Assembly: GCA_050174015.1 (NCBI GenBank)
Contig: JBFXKG010000001.1
Span: 64,001 to 128,000 of the forward strand
Direction of reading: 5' to 3'
Length of the DNA: 64,000 bases
From: Candidatus Krumholzibacteriia bacterium
GTDB lineage: Bacteria; Krumholzibacteriota; Krumholzibacteriia; LZORAL124-64-63
The notes below the pieces were generated by a model, which had not been told where the DNA came from, made no database searches, and saw only the letters and a program-made list of their open reading frames with translations. The translations under genes and the position numbers were made by a program. This document shows, one piece after another, positions 59,714 to 64,000 of this stretch; within the stretch, counting starts at the first letter, position 1, and every line of letters starts with the position of its first letter.

Positions 59714-61021
59714 TCAAAGACCCCGGAGCTCGACCTGGAGGGCGTTCTTGGCGGCCCATTTCCTCACCATGACCGCCTCGGCTTCCAATGCCCGGCGGTT
59801 GGACTTCCCCCGGACCTGGACCACCCTGCGTTCCCTGTTCACGACCTCGATGGTCAGCTTGCGGTTCCCGTTCATCCGGAGGGACCAGATGGAGCAGTAT
59901 CCGCAACCGATGTTCCGGGCGTAGGTCGCCACGCAGTGCCTCATCGCGCTTCCCTCGTCGACCAGATCCCTGGCCGTCAGGATCTCCTGGAAGGACCACA
60001 GGTCCTCGGCGACGAGGCGGCCGTGGACCTTGACGGTCTTCCTCCAGGTCGCTCCCGCGAACCCGGAAGGGGTGAAGGATTTCATCCCGATGCGTCTCAG
60101 GTCGGCGGTCTCCCGGTGCCACTGCTCCATGGCGCGCTTGAGGCTGCCGTACGTGCGCCCCTTCAGGGAAAACCCGGGGTCCTCGGCGATCCGGTGGCTG
60201 AGGAAGTCGCAGAGCGGTCCGACCTGGACCGGATCCAGGTCCGGCTGCCGGCAGAACCAGTGGATGGCTTCCGCCCAGAATTCCTCCCTGTTGTGCGACA
60301 TGACCCGCGGCAGTCCGCCGGCGATCAGGCGCGCCAGCTTGACCCCGCCGCCATAGCACAGGACCTGGGCCCGGCGGGCCGCCCCGGCGATGCTCAGGGT
60401 CTCCGGGGTGGCGGCCCAGACGTGGCACATCCGGCGGGTCAGGGTTCCGGGGAGGACCGTGCCGCGCAGATCGCGGTGGATGCTGCCGCCGTGGGCCAGC
60501 GCCTTGGCCGTCCGGAGGTGCCGGAACAGTTCGGGGGTGATCAGGCCATCACCCTGCATGGTGACCTCCAGGATGAACTTCGGCACCGGATAGGGGCCCA
60601 GGAGGTGGGCGGCGAGGGACAGGAAGTTCGCGCGCAGGCCCTTGCCCCCGGGCCGCCAACGGTCCAGGCTCCTCACTCCCGAGATCAGGATGATGGCCAG
60701 GACCGGTTCCATGATGTCCGCCGCCAGCAGCCGGGGCCGCCGGTCGGCCAGTTCCTGGATCACGGTGCGGGTATTGGAACGCTTGCCCAGGAGTTCACGC
60801 CAGGGGTGGGTGTGGAGGAGCGTCCAGGCCTCCTCCACCCGCCGGGACGGGGCGGTCGCGGGCGGCTTCCCGAGGGCCCGCGCGACATTCCTGGCGGTCC
60901 TTTTCTGTTCGATCAGCGAACGGCGTTTCTTGTCCCGGGTCCGGGCCTGATCCTCGTTGGACTTCTTCCGCATGGCGGCGCGCCGGGCCCTGGTGAGCCC
61001 TTTCTTCCCCTGGTTGCCCAT
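59714..61021 (-). CDS. PcfJ-domain-containing protein
   Basis: FSLKGRT..SL....EQWH and L.DEGSAMRHCVATY...SIWSL...TIEV...VQVRG..N; GGAGG RBS. Confidence 0.85.
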   Translation of the reverse strand: MGNQGKKGLTRARRAAMRKKSNEDQARTRDKKRRSLIEQKRTARNVARALGKPPATAPSRRVEEAWTLLHTHPWRELLGKRSNTRTVIQELADRRPRLLAADIMEPVLAIILISGVRSLDRWRPGGKGLRANFLSLAAHLLGPYPVPKFILEVTMQGDGLITPELFRHLRTAKALAHGGSIHRDLRGTVLPGTLTRRMCHVWAATPETLSIAGAARRAQVLCYGGGVKLARLIAGGLPRVMSHNREEFWAEAIHWFCRQPDLDPVQVGPLCDFLSHRIAEDPGFSLKGRTYGSLKRAMEQWHRETADLRRIGMKSFTPSGFAGATWRKTVKVHGRLVAEDLWSFQEILTARDLVDEGSAMRHCVATYARNIGCGYCSIWSLRMNGNRKLTIEVVNRERRVVQVRGKSNRRALEAEAVMVRKWAAKNALQVELRGL

Positions 61022-61143
61022 CCGATTTCCTCCGCACAGCTGGGCATCGGCGCGCCGAGGCGCCGGATGCACGCAATCGTGTCCGGGCGGAAGGACCGGG
61101 CTGGACGGGAAATGGCGAGGGAACGGGAACCGTACGGAAGAGC

Positions 61144-61236
61144 TTATCCCGCCGTGATCACCAGATCCACGGTCCGGCAGGCGCAGGCCTGTCCGCCATC
61201 TAGATCTGGCCTCTGGGGGAAATCGGACCTCTTCAC
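61144..61236 (-). CDS. Putative 30-aa leader peptide upstream of the PcfJ gene
   Basis: GAGGAGGTG RBS, GTG start, MKRSDFPQRPDLDGGQACACRTVDLVITAG, TAA stop. Confidence 0.4.
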   Translation of the reverse strand: MKRSDFPQRPDLDGGQACACRTVDLVITAG

Positions 61237-61412
61237 GATTCACCTCCTCGGCGTGTAGCCGGGTGGGGTGGGAAACGGGGCCGGCTGGCCGTGGGAGGAT
61301 TGTAACCCAGGGCACAACCCGAAGTAAAGTCCCTCAGGGTCATGCCGATGATTTGACCTGGAAGGTTCGATACCGCCGGCCCTCGGCGGGGGGGCAATTC
61401 AAGGGGAAATCC

Positions 61413-62354
61413 ATGCGCCTGGTCACCCGCTCCGACTTCGACGGTCTCGCCTGCGCCGTCCTCCTGGTGGAGGCCGGCCTGGTCGACACCTATCTCTTCG
61501 TCCATCCCAAGGACCTGCAGGACGGGAAGATCCCCGTCTGCCGCAACGACATCCTGGCGAACGTGCCCTTCGTGCCGGGCTGCGGCATGTGGTTCGACCA
61601 CCATGCCAGCGAGCACGAACGGCTGCAGCTGGTCGCCGACAAGGACTACATCGGCTCAAGCGTGATCTGCCAGAGCTGCGCCCGGGTGATCTACAACTAC
61701 TTCGGCGGCCACGAGCGATACGCCAAGTTCGACCGCAGCGGCATGATGGAGGCCGTGGACCGGTGCGACAGCGGCCAGCTGAGCGTCCAGGAGATCCTCG
61801 ACCCGCGAGGCTGGGTCCTGCTCTCGTTCATCATGGACCCGCGAACGGGCCTGGGCCGGCACCGGGGCTACCGTATCTCCAATTATCAGCTGATGCAGGA
61901 CATGATCCAGTACTGCCGGCGCCTGACCCCCGACGAGATCCTCCAGCTCCCCGACGTCATGGAGCGGACCGAACGATATTTCGACCAGGAGATCGCCTAC
62001 ACGGCCATGATCCGCGAGAATGCTCGGGTCAAGGGGAACCTCCTGATCATCGACCTGATGGACGTCCCGGACATCATGGTCGGCAACCGCTTCAAGGAAT
62101 ACGCCCTGTATCCCCAGACGGACGTGTCCCTGCGCATCATGCGGGGCAAGGATGCCGAGACCGTGGTCTTCACCTGCGGCCACAGCATCCTCAGGCGAAC
62201 CTGCACCGTCAACGTGGGCGAACTGATGCTGCGCTACGGCGGCGGCGGCCACACGCGAGTGGGCACCTGCCAGGTGCCGGCGGCCTACTGGCAGCGGGTG
62301 CGGGACCAGCTCGTGGCCGAACTCACCGCGCTGCCCGCCTGGGTCAGGTCTTGA
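61413..62354 (+). CDS. DHH-family phosphoesterase (NrnA/exopolyphosphatase-like)
   Basis: RLVTRSDFDGL, FVHPKDLQDG, WFDHH, MDPRTGLG, YGGGGH. Confidence 0.9.
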   Translation: MRLVTRSDFDGLACAVLLVEAGLVDTYLFVHPKDLQDGKIPVCRNDILANVPFVPGCGMWFDHHASEHERLQLVADKDYIGSSVICQSCARVIYNYFGGHERYAKFDRSGMMEAVDRCDSGQLSVQEILDPRGWVLLSFIMDPRTGLGRHRGYRISNYQLMQDMIQYCRRLTPDEILQLPDVMERTERYFDQEIAYTAMIRENARVKGNLLIIDLMDVPDIMVGNRFKEYALYPQTDVSLRIMRGKDAETVVFTCGHSILRRTCTVNVGELMLRYGGGGHTRVGTCQVPAAYWQRVRDQLVAELTALPAWVRS

Positions 62355-62418
62355 CCCTCCCGTCCGGTTCCCCCTAAGGTCCAGCGGCCAGGGAACCTGA
62401 ACCGGACAGGGGGAGTCC

Positions 62419-64000
62419 ATGCGTTCATCCGACCGTTTCCGCCTCATCTTCATCATCCTGATCACGATCATGACCGCCGCGGGTCGGCCCCTGCCGGCTC
62501 GGGCCCTTGCCGGACGGGTCGATCCCGGGGTCGAACTGGTGTCGATCATCTTCCGGCTGGCGGGCAGTCCCGAGTACCTGGACGCGCCCGACTCGCCATA
62601 CACACGAGCGGTGGACGCCCATTTCGGCGCGCTGGCCGACCATGCCGCCGTCCAGCGGGCCAAGGAACTGCGGGCTCTGGCGGGCATCTCCTACGACGCC
62701 GCGGCGGAGATCGCCCTGTACCTGGATGCCGACCGGGATTTCGCGCCGTCGATGCCGCTCGATCCCCGCCCCGGAAGTCTGGACGAGCGGTGGGTGGGAC
62801 CGACGGCCGCGGACTTCGCGGTCCTGGCGGGGGAGTTCGCCCGCGATGGGGACTTCGCCGGATTCCGCAGGGGGTGGGAGGAGTTCTACGCCGAGGCCGC
62901 ATCGCGTCTGGATGAGGTCCCGGGCGGGAACGACCTGGAATCCTGGATCACCTCCTGTTACGGACCTCACGACAGGACCGAATTCATCCCCGTGGTCGGG
63001 CTTCTCACCGGCCGGCACAGCTATGGTCTCAGGGTGGATCTTCCTGAGGGCCGCAGCCGCGTCCACGCCATCCAGGGGGTCTGGGCCGTGGACGAGGATG
63101 GGCTGCCCCGCTTTCCGGGGGACACGGCCGCCACCCTGGTCCACGAGTTCAGCCATTCGTTCGTCAACCCGGTCGTGAACCGGAACCTGGAGGCGCTGAA
63201 GGCCGCCGGCGAGCGGATCATGCCCCGGGTCGCCGGGGTCATGCGCGACCAGGCGTACGGCACCTGGGAGACCGTGGTCTGCGAATCCTGCGTCCGGGCG
63301 GCGACCGTGCGCTTCCTCGCCGAGACCCAAGGCGAGCAGGCCGCCCGGGACGCGGTCGCCCGGGAAAAGGCTCATGGCTTCCAGTGGATGCCGGGGCTCG
63401 CGGACCTGTTTCGGGGCCCGGACGGTCCGGACGGCGCCGAGGGGGCCTTCGCCTCCTTCTTTCCCCGGGTCGTCGCCTTTCTGGACGACCACGCGGCGGG
63501 ACTTCCCGCCGGGCCCGCCCCCGTGCCCCTGGGCAGCATCAACACCGCCTTGAACGCCTTGTTGACCGGTGGCGGGGTGGTCGTGGGCCCGGGTCCGGAA
63601 GCGGGGCCCGGAGGGACGGCGGCGGCGGCCTACGTCCAGGCCGTCCACGGCAAGTTCTTCGCGCCCAGGGGCATCGCCCTGGTGGTCGAGACCGATCCCC
63701 GGGATCCGGTTCTCGCCGACGCCGGCGGGATGATCCTCTACGGGACCCCCGAGTCCTCGCCCATGATGGCCAGCCTGTTCAGCGCCTGGGGGATCGCCCT
63801 CGATGCGGGCGGAGTGGACCTTTGCGGCCGTCGCGTCGAGGCGTCCCCGCCCCTGTTGATCGCCGCCCTGCCCGACCCCGGGAGCGAGAGCCGGATCGTC
63901 ATCGTCTACGCCGCCTCCTCCCTGGAACTGCTGCCTGGCATCAACAACCTGTACCACGGGCCCACGGGTTGGGTGGTCGGCTGGGGCGGGGGACAGGGGA
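62419..64000 (+). CDS. Exported DUF4932-like putative metallopeptidase (3' end outside the window)
   Basis: GGGGAG RBS and ATG 62419; signal peptide; VDPGVELVSIIFRLAGSPEY; LVHEFSHSFVNP (HExxH); YGTW..VVCESCVRA; no stop seen before the window end, consistent with its absence from the ORF track. Confidence 0.8.
   Translation, partial: MRSSDRFRLIFIILITIMTAAGRPLPARALAGRVDPGVELVSIIFRLAGSPEYLDAPDSPYTRAVDAHFGALADHAAVQRAKELRALAGISYDAAAEIALYLDADRDFAPSMPLDPRPGSLDERWVGPTAADFAVLAGEFARDGDFAGFRRGWEEFYAEAASRLDEVPGGNDLESWITSCYGPHDRTEFIPVVGLLTGRHSYGLRVDLPEGRSRVHAIQGVWAVDEDGLPRFPGDTAATLVHEFSHSFVNPVVNRNLEALKAAGERIMPRVAGVMRDQAYGTWETVVCESCVRAATVRFLAETQGEQAARDAVAREKAHGFQWMPGLADLFRGPDGPDGAEGAFASFFPRVVAFLDDHAAGLPAGPAPVPLGSINTALNALLTGGGVVVGPGPEAGPGGTAAAAYVQAVHGKFFAPRGIALVVETDPRDPVLADAGGMILYGTPESSPMMASLFSAWGIALDAGGVDLCGRRVEASPPLLIAALPDPGSESRIVIVYAASSLELLPGINNLYHGPTGWVVGWGGGQG

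Overview
GC-rich bacterial chromosomal window with about 47 CDS. I saw no rRNA, tRNA, CRISPR array or transposase. Four large secreted proteins end in a 'PNPFNP' FlgD-Ig/T9SS-like C-terminal domain, which suggests an FCB-associated lineage such as Krumholzibacteriota or Latescibacterota (inference only). Recognisable modules: an NtrC-Smr-Smr-SDR-GroES-like cluster; a GAF-PAS-GGDEF cyclase; an MCP; S9 and S8 peptidases; an HNH nuclease; a convergent RpfC-like/RpfF-like (DSF-type) signalling pair; an Rrf2-sufBCDSU operon; a sugar-phosphate-type bacterial microcompartment operon with an RpiB-DeoC fusion; exosortase H with a repeat-rich target; hipBA; and a frameshifted transglutaminase-like gene. 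Two highlights stand out. (1) A gene truncated by the ORF track (39111..36499, minus strand) reads as signal peptide, then UxxC (TGA-CCC-TAC-TGC) thioredoxin/Omp28-like domain, FG-GAP repeats, ASPIC/UnbV and FlgD. A SECIS-like GGUC-loop hairpin begins after an 11-nt spacer following the UGA, so this is a probable secreted multidomain selenoprotein. (2) A stand-alone cyanophycin-synthetase N-domain with an intact Cx19HxxEH metal site is fused to a helical sensor-like domain and a receiver domain (51849..50428).
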